Shown here: positions 26,734-34,875 of the stretch, one piece after another | Layout: each line of letters opens with the position of its first letter | Numbering within the stretch: position 1 is the stretch's first letter | NCBI GenBank assembly: GCA_947164985.1 | Contig: CAMUYI010000003.1 | Location: 41,378-105,377 of the forward strand | Length of the DNA stretch: 64,000 bases | Source of the DNA: an uncultured Bacteroidales bacterium | GTDB lineage: Bacteria > Bacteroidota > Bacteroidia > Bacteroidales > Paludibacteraceae | Direction: 5' to 3' | The notes under the pieces: model-generated | The model's input: only the letters and a program-made list of their open reading frames with translations | Told to the model about the DNA's origin: nothing | Databases searched by the model: none | Position numbers and translations under genes: made by a program

Positions 26734-28302
26734 ATGAAAATAGACAAATTACCCCATGTGGCGACGATTGTAGGTGTTATCGTTCTTGGCTTGACACTTA
26801 TCGGTCAGCGTGTTTTTCTAAAGAAGAGTTTTCCGGATCAACCTCTGAAGATCGTACTGGAGAAGAATATCTCATTGGAGTCCATTGTTGCAAATGACGA
26901 TGCGGTGGTAGCCAAACTCAAGAAAGGGGATACAGTTCTTTTTTTAGGTGTGGTAGAAGGTTCGTATTACCATCCATACGGGCTGTTAGTACAGACAAAG
27001 GATGGAGAGCGCGGACTCCTGCCTGCTGCAGATATGGGATTTCCGATGATGCTGACCAATAAGAAAGACAGCCTGCCCGTGACCGTCAAGAGCCTCTTCC
27101 GTGAGAAAACAAAAGTCAAAGGCAGCAAAGGAACTTTGAAATACAACATCGTCAAAGCGAACGGCGAGAAAGACGCTGTTAATGTGGCGGCTGTACGTCC
27201 GATCTTGCCGGATAGCCTTAGTGATATGCAGTTGCGCACAGAGGGTGATTATTACATGACCAAAGAAAAGTTCCAGCGTCTCTATATGGGGCATAAGTTG
27301 GCGGAGAATGATATGCTCTACCGGCAGGCTTGGGTCATTGATAAGACCAAGAAAGGTTTTCTGGCCTATTATCCGAATATTGAACTTGTAGATACAGATG
27401 ACGGTAAGTTATACAATCCTATCGTTGTCTATGATGCAGACAGTGTGGCTGTGACATGCGGCTATGAGTCTGGACATGGTAACAACCGCTATATCCTCAA
27501 GTGGATGCCGTTCTTGGGTAAAATCGTAGATACGGATTTCTTTGCACATTTCATTGAGAGTTCGATATATGGTTCTTGGATCAATGCCGACACGGAGAAC
27601 TACACCGAGAAAGCCAATATGACATGGAAAGATGTGCCGTTCTATATGTGGATCGGAATTATCTTGTGGCTGGTATGCGGTCTGGCATGGATGTTCCTTA
27701 TGGAGACCCTTCCGTTATTGATCTTGGAAGCCGGACTCTACTGCCGATATCTCTATTTCCACCTCAATGATGGCGTGCTCGCTTCTATTTTCGGTATTGT
27801 TGCCTTTGTCGCCATCTATCTGTGGCTTGCACTGATGGCGGTATGGGGTTGCTTATGGCTCTTCTTGCCTATCATCGTGATAGCAGGAATATGTGCATGG
27901 GCTTATGCCGAACGTATGTTAGGCACCCATCCTCACACCCGTTGTCCCGATTGTCGCCGAATGGAAACGATCGAGTTTGTGAATCGTACGTTCGATCGCG
28001 AGTATAATGAATGGAGGCATGATTCGCGAGCTATTGATTCGCATACCGAACGATGGAAGACTTGGACCGATGTGACGACCAAATGGAGTGACGGACGCAC
28101 TACCCATACAACTGAAAATGAACGGAATCACAGTCGTACGACCACCCTTTACAACGACTATGATGTGTACTATCATGTAAAGGTGTACCATAAGAATTAT
28201 AAATGTGCAGGTTGTGGCTATCGGGAGTATATTCCGGAAGAAGAATTGACGGAATTGGATCGTAAATTCACCGGCCGGCATACTACTGTTTCGGAAACCT
28301 GA
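26734..28302 (+). CDS. Hypothetical membrane protein with C-terminal zinc-ribbon-like CxxC pairs
   Basis: N-terminal TM helix, a central cluster of about 4 TM helices (IGIILWLVCGLAWMF ... LFLPIIVIAGICAWAY), then CPDC ... CAGC. I do not recognise a family. Confidence 0.5.
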   Translation: MKIDKLPHVATIVGVIVLGLTLIGQRVFLKKSFPDQPLKIVLEKNISLESIVANDDAVVAKLKKGDTVLFLGVVEGSYYHPYGLLVQTKDGERGLLPAADMGFPMMLTNKKDSLPVTVKSLFREKTKVKGSKGTLKYNIVKANGEKDAVNVAAVRPILPDSLSDMQLRTEGDYYMTKEKFQRLYMGHKLAENDMLYRQAWVIDKTKKGFLAYYPNIELVDTDDGKLYNPIVVYDADSVAVTCGYESGHGNNRYILKWMPFLGKIVDTDFFAHFIESSIYGSWINADTENYTEKANMTWKDVPFYMWIGIILWLVCGLAWMFLMETLPLLILEAGLYCRYLYFHLNDGVLASIFGIVAFVAIYLWLALMAVWGCLWLFLPIIVIAGICAWAYAERMLGTHPHTRCPDCRRMETIEFVNRTFDREYNEWRHDSRAIDSHTERWKTWTDVTTKWSDGRTTHTTENERNHSRTTTLYNDYDVYYHVKVYHKNYKCAGCGYREYIPEEELTELDRKFTGRHTTVSET

Positions 28303-28346
28303 TAAACAGCATTTTATTAATCATTTTTTTAAAATTATTTTAAAAT

Positions 28347-29762
28347 ATGAAACCATTCATGGACAAAGATTTCCTGTTGCAAACAGCTACTGCGCAGGAG
28401 TTGTATCACGAGCATGCTGAGCACATGCCGATTATCGATTATCACTGCCACCTTATTCCGCAGATGGTTGCCGAGAACAAGCGTTTCGAATCCATCGCAC
28501 AGATCTGGCTCATGGGCGACCACTACAAATGGCGTGCTATGCGTTCCAACGGTGTGGACGAGCGTTATTGCACCGGTAAGGACACGACCGACTGGGAGAA
28601 GTTTGAGAAATGGGCAGAGACCGTTCCTTATACCTTCCGCAACCCGTTGTACCACTGGACGCATCTGGAGCTCAAGACCGCTTTCGGTATCGAGGAGCGT
28701 CTGAATCCCGAGACCGCACGCGCTATCTATGACAAGTGCAACGACCTGATTGCCAACGATCCGAAGTTCTGTCCGCGCGGACTGATGAAGCACTACCATG
28801 TAGAGCTCGTCTGCACGACCGACGATCCGGCAGACTGCCTGGAGTGGCACAAGATGGTCAAAGAAGATCCGACCGCAGAGGTACGTATGTTGCCTACTTG
28901 GCGTCCGGACGCAGGTATGAACATCGAAGCCGCTACTTGGAAAGCATACATCGAGAAACTGGCTAAGGTAGCCGGCGTGGAGATCCGCAACTTCGCAGAC
29001 ATGGTGGACGCTCTCCAGAAACGTCATGATTTCTTCGAGTCGATGGGCTGCCGTCTCTCCGACCACGGAATCGAGGAGTTCTACGATGAGCCGTACACCG
29101 ACGCAGAAATCAACGCAATCTTCCAGAAAGCCCTCGCAGGCAAGGAGTTGAGCGTCTATGAGATCCGTCAGTACAAGCACGCTTACCTGCACGCGCAGGC
29201 TGAGATGGACTACGCTTCGGGTTGGACCCAGCAATACCACTACGGCGCAATCCGTAACAACAACTCCAAGATGTTCGCAGCCCTCGGCGCAGACACCGGT
29301 TTCGACTCCATCGGTGAGTTCACGACCGCAAAAGCCATGAGCCATTTCCTCGACGAAATGAACAGCGAAGGACATCTGGCTAAGACCATTCTCTATAACC
29401 TCAACCCGTGTGCAAACGAGGTAATCGCTACGATGTTGGGTAACTTCCAAGATGGTTCCGTTCCGGGTAAGATTCAGTTCGGTTCCGGCTGGTGGTTCCT
29501 CGATCAGAAAGACGGCATGGAGAAGCAGATGATGGCTCTCTCGAACCTCGGTCTCTTGAGCCGCATGGTAGGTATGCTGACCGACAGCCGTTCGTTCCTG
29601 AGCTACCCGCGTCACGAGTATTTCCGTCGTACGCTCTGTAACGTCCTCGGCAACGATATCGAGAACGGCATGATCCCGTACACCGGCTACGAGAAAGCCC
29701 GCGTTCAACAGATGGTAGAAGACATCTGCTACAACAACGCGAAAAACTACTTCAAGTTCTAA
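28347..29762 (+). CDS. uxaC: Glucuronate isomerase
   Basis: PIIDYHCHL, GDHYKWRAMR, NPLYHWTHLEL, GSGWWF and MLTDSRSFLSYPRHEYFRR match UxaC along the whole length. Confidence 0.95.
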   Translation: MKPFMDKDFLLQTATAQELYHEHAEHMPIIDYHCHLIPQMVAENKRFESIAQIWLMGDHYKWRAMRSNGVDERYCTGKDTTDWEKFEKWAETVPYTFRNPLYHWTHLELKTAFGIEERLNPETARAIYDKCNDLIANDPKFCPRGLMKHYHVELVCTTDDPADCLEWHKMVKEDPTAEVRMLPTWRPDAGMNIEAATWKAYIEKLAKVAGVEIRNFADMVDALQKRHDFFESMGCRLSDHGIEEFYDEPYTDAEINAIFQKALAGKELSVYEIRQYKHAYLHAQAEMDYASGWTQQYHYGAIRNNNSKMFAALGADTGFDSIGEFTTAKAMSHFLDEMNSEGHLAKTILYNLNPCANEVIATMLGNFQDGSVPGKIQFGSGWWFLDQKDGMEKQMMALSNLGLLSRMVGMLTDSRSFLSYPRHEYFRRTLCNVLGNDIENGMIPYTGYEKARVQQMVEDICYNNAKNYFKF

Positions 29763-29772
29763 ATACATTTCA

Positions 29773-29809
29773 CACCCGCTTGCCTCTATTTCCGGAGGCA
29801 GGCGGGGTG
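29773..29809 (+). terminator. GC-rich hairpin after uxaC (possible terminator; no clear U-tract)
   Basis: cacccgcttgcctc ... gaggcaggcggggtg inverted repeat with one bulge. Confidence 0.4.
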
Positions 29810-29875
29810 GTTGTTGCAAAAAATGCAACTTGTCGGAAATAGCGACAGTTTCCAAAACGGAAACAGTTGGTATAA

Positions 29876-30910
29876 ATGCAAAATATGCATCTATACAATA
29901 TGAACGATAAACCCATCGGAAATAGAGGCGAGATAATCATCTATCGTGCGGAAGACAACACGGTACAACTCGATGTGCGCATGGAGAACGAAACCGTGTG
30001 GCTGACAGCTTCGCAGATGGCGATGTTGTTTGATCGAGATGTAAAAACAATTCGTAAGCATATCAATAATGCTTTGCGTGAAGAATTAGATAAATCCTTG
30101 GTTGTCGCAAATTTTGCGTCTACCAAGAAATATGGTCGTAGAGAGGGTTTTACGCAACAGAAAGAAGAAATTATTTATAACCTCGATGTTATAATATCTG
30201 TTGGCTACCGCGTTAAGTCTCAACGAGGTGTTCAATTCCGTCAATGGGCAAACAGAATTCTCAAAGACTACCTCGTCAAAGGTTTTGCCGTCAATGAAAA
30301 ACTCCGCCGTGAGCAGTTGTCGGATCTGCGGCAGTTGGTCCAGATTGTAGGACGGACGGTGCAAAGCAAGGCGGTGGAGAGCGCAGATGAGACCCAGGCT
30401 ATTTTCGATGTCGTTTTGGATTATACGTACGCGCTGGATACGCTCGATAACTATGATTACGAGCGGCTAACCGTCAAAGAGACTACGCCTGAAGAGCGCT
30501 TCCATGCTACATATGAGAATGCCATGCAGACGATAGCTGCGCTGCGTGAGAAGTTCGGCGGTAGCACTTTGTTTGGTAACGAAAAAGACGACTCGTTCAA
30601 AAGCAGTATAGGTCAGATTTATCAGACCTTTGGAGGTTTAGACCTCTATCCGAGTGTGGAGGAGAAAGCAGCCATGTTGCTGTATTTAGTGACCAAGAAC
30701 CACTCCTTTTCGGATGGTAACAAACGTATCGCGGCTACGTTGTTCCTGTGGTTCCTAAACAATAACGGCATTTTATACCGCGAGGATGGCACCAAGCGTA
30801 TAGCAGATAACACGCTGGTCGCTTTGACCCTCATGATTGCCGAGAGCCGCACAGAGGAGAAAGACACCATGGTCAAAGTAGTAGTAAACTTGATAAACCA
30901 AAAGAACTAA
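29876..30910 (+). CDS. RhuM-like N-terminal domain fused to a Fic/Doc (death-on-curing type) domain
   Basis: The N-terminus GEIIIYRAEDNTVQLDVRMENETVWLTASQMAMLF resembles the RhuM family. The C-terminus contains HSFSDGNKRIAATLF, the Doc-type HxFx(D/E)GNKR motif. The exact start is uncertain, with ATGs at 29876, 29885 and 29900. Confidence 0.75.
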   Translation: MQNMHLYNMNDKPIGNRGEIIIYRAEDNTVQLDVRMENETVWLTASQMAMLFDRDVKTIRKHINNALREELDKSLVVANFASTKKYGRREGFTQQKEEIIYNLDVIISVGYRVKSQRGVQFRQWANRILKDYLVKGFAVNEKLRREQLSDLRQLVQIVGRTVQSKAVESADETQAIFDVVLDYTYALDTLDNYDYERLTVKETTPEERFHATYENAMQTIAALREKFGGSTLFGNEKDDSFKSSIGQIYQTFGGLDLYPSVEEKAAMLLYLVTKNHSFSDGNKRIAATLFLWFLNNNGILYREDGTKRIADNTLVALTLMIAESRTEEKDTMVKVVVNLINQKN

Positions 30911-30919
30911 GTAGATGTA

Positions 30920-31810
30920 ATGAAACAAAGTATTCTATCATTATTTATGATTGTTTTCGCAAATGTTGTATTTGCAGAGCAAGGACAGCCCATAACGGGG
31001 ACAGCCTCAGTATTAAGTTCTTCCGGTCGTACTACTTGCGACTACGTACAACTATGGGAGAATGGTCCATTATGGGCGACATTCAATGTAGGTGCTACTA
31101 TTACGGATTATGCAGACCTGCAAGAAGGAGCTGATGCGACACCGTACTACAACAACAACGAGAATGCACCTTTATACAACACGAATAATGTCGGAGGTCT
31201 CTATCCATGGAATAATCCTAACCAGAATGGGAGAAAAAGTAGGTATAATGAGAATGTGAGTGTCGGTATTGCCGATATTGCGACGACACTATGGGGAGAT
31301 GGCTGGCAAACTCCCGGAAAACAATGTTTTGATACACTTATCAATACTGCATATACTACGTGGACATGGTGTAATGGAACTACCGTACAATATACTGAAG
31401 GTTGCACATTGTCCGGGTATAAGGTAACAGGCGTCGGCAATTTTGCAGACGTGTCTATTTTCCTTCCTGCTGTAGGCTATTATGACTGGTGTAGAAGTAA
31501 GGTCGTCAATGCAGGAGGACATGCTGACTATCACACAAGTACTATATCTAAATGGGGTGGTAACTATTCATATTATCACTATTTCCGTGGTAATATGGTC
31601 AGAATATACTTTCAAACCACAAACAACTTCGGTCGTGCCATAAGGGCTATTTATGTTCCTACAGTTTCTACAAATCCTACAGGTATAGACGCTACTAGCG
31701 TAGAAGAGAATAAAGGAAAAGTTATAAAGATATTTCAGAATGGTAGCATCTATATAAAACAAGGAGACAAGACTTACTCAATACAAGGGCAAGCGGTAAA
31801 AATAGAATGA
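30920..31810 (+). CDS. Secreted FISUMP/DUF1566-like domain protein
   Basis: Signal peptide MKQSILSLFMIVFANVVFA. The blocks LWATFNVGA, GGLYPWN, LWGDGWQTPG, IFLPAVGYY and GRAIRAIY resemble the Fibrobacter-succinogenes-major-paralogous-domain family. The C-terminal tail is KIFQNGSIYIKQGDKTYSIQGQAV. Confidence 0.6.
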   Translation: MKQSILSLFMIVFANVVFAEQGQPITGTASVLSSSGRTTCDYVQLWENGPLWATFNVGATITDYADLQEGADATPYYNNNENAPLYNTNNVGGLYPWNNPNQNGRKSRYNENVSVGIADIATTLWGDGWQTPGKQCFDTLINTAYTTWTWCNGTTVQYTEGCTLSGYKVTGVGNFADVSIFLPAVGYYDWCRSKVVNAGGHADYHTSTISKWGGNYSYYHYFRGNMVRIYFQTTNNFGRAIRAIYVPTVSTNPTGIDATSVEENKGKVIKIFQNGSIYIKQGDKTYSIQGQAVKIE

Positions 31811-31827
31811 AAGCGAAGTGTGGCGTA

Positions 31828-31890
31828 CCCGAATTAAATTCTTAACCCACAAGGGGTACGATTATTTCGGGGCTAATGGACGAAGGAGAC
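31828..31890. repeat. REP-like element copy A (hairpin arm split by a 24-nt insert)
   Basis: cccgaattaaattc [ttaacccacaaggggtacgattat] ttcggggctaatggacgaaggagac. The tail GGGGCTAATGGACGAAGG is identical to copy D. Confidence 0.7.
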
Positions 31891-31929
31891 AAACGCTCAA
31901 AAAAGTCGCATAAAGAAGAGAGATAAATA

Positions 31930-32283
31930 ATGAAAGCGAAGTGGGTGAATATAGTGGATAGCTTGCAGGGGAATGTGGATCAGAGACACTATGCACGGCG
32001 GATTCCCGGAAATGGGGAATATGGGGCGGTGTGTGCGAAGCCGGAGTTGAGCAAGAAGACAAAGAAGGCAAAGGCGGAACATCCGACGGCTAAGGCTTTT
32101 GCGGAATTGATGGCAGAGACAAAGGCAATCATGCATGATCCGGTGCGCAAAGCGGAATGGCAGGCACGATACGAGGAGGCACAAAAGAAAGCAAGGAAAT
32201 ATAACAAGCCGATTCAAGGACGGCTGTACGATTATATCAAGCATGAGCTGAGTGAGGAGAGAAAGCAGGGTATTCTCCCGTAG
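31930..32283 (+). CDS. Hypothetical small basic protein (117 aa)
   Basis: ORF only; Lys/Ala/Glu-rich; no family recognised. Confidence 0.4.
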   Translation: MKAKWVNIVDSLQGNVDQRHYARRIPGNGEYGAVCAKPELSKKTKKAKAEHPTAKAFAELMAETKAIMHDPVRKAEWQARYEEAQKKARKYNKPIQGRLYDYIKHELSEERKQGILP

Positions 32284-32304
32284 ATGTCAGGGGGACGTCA
32301 TAGT

Positions 32305-32382
32305 GAGCACCCGATGAGCATCCGATGAGCACCCGATCAGCACCCGATGGAGGAAGGTGGTAAGAAGGTGGATGGAAGGGTG
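32305..32382. repeat. Two adjacent 11-nt tandem arrays (GAGCACCCGAT-like x4, then GGAGGAAGGTG-like x3)
   Basis: Units at 32305, 32316, 32327 and 32338, then 32349, 32360 and 32371; read directly. Confidence 0.85.
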
Positions 32383-32470
32383 AGAGATCGATAATAGAAA
32401 TACAGACGCAAAGTGGCACATCGTGAAGCGGTTACAGATTGTCACTAGGTGAAAAAAAGATACAAAGAAA

Positions 32471-33619
32471 ATGGCAGAACAAGAGGCATGGAAATGGCAA
32501 GAGACGGGAACGGCATGGAGAGGTGTCGGCATTTACCATGTTACGCTGGTTGTGCCAAACAGAGAGAGTTTATTGGGAAGGCTTGTCATTCCTGAGAGTG
32601 ATCCAAAACAGGCAGTGGTGGAAAGGACAGAGATGGGGGATAAGATAACAGAAGAAGCATTGCGTATTAACCATTACTATCCTGAGATAAAGGTAATACA
32701 GCATTGTTTGATGCCTGACCACTTGCATATAATATACTATGTCACCAAGCCGATGACACAAAGTATAAATAATGTAATCCGTAGTTTGTGGCAGGGCTTT
32801 AAGAAAATAGGGCGGGCATATTCTCCGTTGATTTATCCCGAATTAAATTCGGGGCTAACGGACGGAGAGGAAATGGCAAACAAGGACGTTTATCCCGAAT
32901 TAAATTCGGTGTTAACAAACGAAGGGGACATAGCATGCCATGCTATTTATCCCGAATTGAATTCGGGGCTAATGGACGAAGGAGAGCAAGGAGGCAAGGC
33001 GGGAGACAAGGATGGAGGGTATCCATTTCCAATATTCACGGAGCGGCCATTTGTTCGTCCAATGTCACACAAAGGGCAACTACAAACGATGATCCGCTAT
33101 GTACAGATGAACCCGCAGAGGTTAGCAACGAAAAGGTTGATGCCGGGATATTTCAGAGTGCAGCGAGATATAGAGATAGCGGGACAGAAATATAGCGGAA
33201 TTGGGAATATAGGCATTTTGCAGGCAGAGAAGTTCTCACCGGTGCATGTGCGGAGGATTTGGGTGGAAGATGCGGAACAACACGGAGAAGCGACACGGCT
33301 ACGCGACTATATGAACGGTTGTGTATTGGCGGCTCGTAAAGGGGTAGTGATGGTGTCGCCGTTCATTAGTCCGAAAGAGAAAGAGGTATTGGAGGTGTTG
33401 CTGCGCGAGAAACATACCATTATTTATATCGCGGAGAATGGATTTGGCGAGTATTACAAACCGACAGAAGGACTGTTTGAGGCGGTCGCAGAGGGAAGGA
33501 TGTTGATACTATCGCCGTGGCTGCATGATCCGGACAAGCCTCATGTGACACGAGCCGAGTGTGTGGCGATGAATAAAATGGCAGAGGAGATATGCGAGGC
33601 TTTGAACAAACCCGCATAA
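32471..33619 (+). CDS. REP-associated tyrosine transposase (RAYT / IS200-Y1 HUH) -like protein with an internal repeat insertion and a C-terminal extension
   Basis: HUH motif in LMPDHLHIIYYV (His-Leu-His at 32720..32728). Tyr motif MIRYVQMNPQRL resembles the YIHxNP block of Y1 transposases. Between the two motifs lie three 19-aa repeats (YPELNSGLTDGE...). About 170 further residues follow, of unknown fold. Confidence 0.65.
   Translation: MAEQEAWKWQETGTAWRGVGIYHVTLVVPNRESLLGRLVIPESDPKQAVVERTEMGDKITEEALRINHYYPEIKVIQHCLMPDHLHIIYYVTKPMTQSINNVIRSLWQGFKKIGRAYSPLIYPELNSGLTDGEEMANKDVYPELNSVLTNEGDIACHAIYPELNSGLMDEGEQGGKAGDKDGGYPFPIFTERPFVRPMSHKGQLQTMIRYVQMNPQRLATKRLMPGYFRVQRDIEIAGQKYSGIGNIGILQAEKFSPVHVRRIWVEDAEQHGEATRLRDYMNGCVLAARKGVVMVSPFISPKEKEVLEVLLREKHTIIYIAENGFGEYYKPTEGLFEAVAEGRMLILSPWLHDPDKPHVTRAECVAMNKMAEEICEALNKPA
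32832..33002. repeat. Three REP-like units (copies B, C, D) at exact 57-nt spacing inside the RAYT-like ORF
   Basis: Hairpins cccgaattaaattcgggg at 32837..32854, cccgaattaaattcggtg at 32894..32911 and cccgaattgaattcgggg at 32951..32968. Each is followed by a CTAA(C/T)GGACG(G/A)AG-like tail. 57 is 19 codons, so the frame is kept. Confidence 0.9.
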
Positions 33620-33740
33620 AATGCGGGGCTAATAGACGAAGGCCAATCCTCTACAACAATAAGACAAAAGATAACACAGAATAATTCAAACCCGAATAAA
33701 ATTCGGGGCTAATAGACGAAGGACAAATCCTCTACAACAA
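33611..33740. repeat. REP-like copies E and F (80-nt spacing) at and after the RAYT-like stop codon
   Basis: cccgCataaaatGcggggctaatagacgaaggccaatcctctacaacaa and cccgAataaaatTcggggctaatagacgaaggacaaatcctctacaacaa. The stop codon at 33617..33619 lies in the loop of copy E. Confidence 0.9.
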
Positions 33741-33812
33741 AACAATGCAAAACAAAATAAAAAGCAAAACAATAACTAACAACAATATTAACCAATTTAA
33801 TTCATTTAACCT

Positions 33813-34838
33813 ATGGCTAAAATTATTACATTGGGCGAGATTATGCTCCGCCTGAGTCCTGAAGGACAAGACCGTTTCATTCAATCTGATCACTTCCGTA
33901 TCATCCCCGGTGGTGGTGAGGCTAATGTGGCTATTTCGTGCGCTAACTATGGTCACGAGGCTTATCTGGTTACCAAACTGCCGAAGCACGAGATCGGTCA
34001 GATTGCTGTTAACTCGCTTCGTCGTTACGGTGTGAAGGACGATTATATCGTTCGTGGCGGTGACCGTATCGGTCTGTATTACTGCGAGACCGGTGCTTCG
34101 ATGCGTCCGTCGAAAGTCATTTACGACCGTGCTCACAGCGCTATCGCTGAGGCTGATCCGAAGGACTTTGACTTCGACAAGATCATGGAAGGTGCAGCAT
34201 GGTTCCACTGGAGCGGTATCACTCCGGCTATCTCGGACAAGGCTGCTGAGATCACCAAACTGGCTTGCGAGGCTGCAAAGCGTCATGGCGTGACCGTTTC
34301 CGTTGACCTCAACTTCCGTAAGAAACTGTGGACCAGCGAGAAAGCTATCTCGATCATGCGTCCGTTGATGAAGTACGTGGATGTTTGTATCGGTAACGAG
34401 GAAGATGCAGAGCTGTGTCTCGGCTTCAAGCCCGATGCAGATGTAGAAGGCGGCGAGACCAATGCCGAGGGCTACAAGGGCATCTTCGAGCAGATGATGA
34501 AAGAGTTCGGCTTCAAGTATGTTGTTTCGACGCTCCGCGAGAGCTTCAGCGCTACGTTCAACGGCTGGAAGGCAATGATCTACAACGGCAAGGAGTTCTA
34601 CCAGAGCAAACGTTACGAGATCAACCCGATCATCGACCGCGTAGGTGGTGGTGACTCGTTCTCCGGCGGTCTGATTCACGGTATGCTCAAGTATCCGGGT
34701 GACCAAGCATCGGCTCTTGAGTTCGCTGTAGCTGCATCGGCTCTGAAGCACACTATCAACGGCGACTACAACCTCGTAAGCGAGGATGAGGTATTGAGCC
34801 TTGCAGGTGGTAACGCGAATGGACGTGTACAACGCTAA
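33813..34838 (+). CDS. kdgK: 2-dehydro-3-deoxygluconokinase (PfkB family)
   Basis: MAKIITLGEIMLRLSP, GGGEANVA and a C-terminal DRVGGGDSFSGGLIHG motif; genomic context with eda. Confidence 0.9.
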   Translation: MAKIITLGEIMLRLSPEGQDRFIQSDHFRIIPGGGEANVAISCANYGHEAYLVTKLPKHEIGQIAVNSLRRYGVKDDYIVRGGDRIGLYYCETGASMRPSKVIYDRAHSAIAEADPKDFDFDKIMEGAAWFHWSGITPAISDKAAEITKLACEAAKRHGVTVSVDLNFRKKLWTSEKAISIMRPLMKYVDVCIGNEEDAELCLGFKPDADVEGGETNAEGYKGIFEQMMKEFGFKYVVSTLRESFSATFNGWKAMIYNGKEFYQSKRYEINPIIDRVGGGDSFSGGLIHGMLKYPGDQASALEFAVAASALKHTINGDYNLVSEDEVLSLAGGNANGRVQR

Positions 34839-34846
34839 CGCGTAAT

Positions 34847-34874
34847 GGAAAATTGAAAATTGAAAATGGAAAAT
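34847..34874. repeat. Four exact-period heptamers (GGAAAAT TGAAAAT TGAAAAT GGAAAAT) ending 1 nt before the eda ATG
   Basis: Read directly. Confidence 0.85.
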
Positions 34875-34875
34875 T

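Larger units (their letters stand above)
31806..33740 (+). mobile_element. Candidate REP/RAYT module (Y1-transposase-like gene plus six cognate hairpin repeats)
   Basis: Co-localisation of an HUH/Y1-like gene with six copies of one hairpin-plus-tail repeat. No terminal inverted repeats or integrase were seen. Confidence 0.5.
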
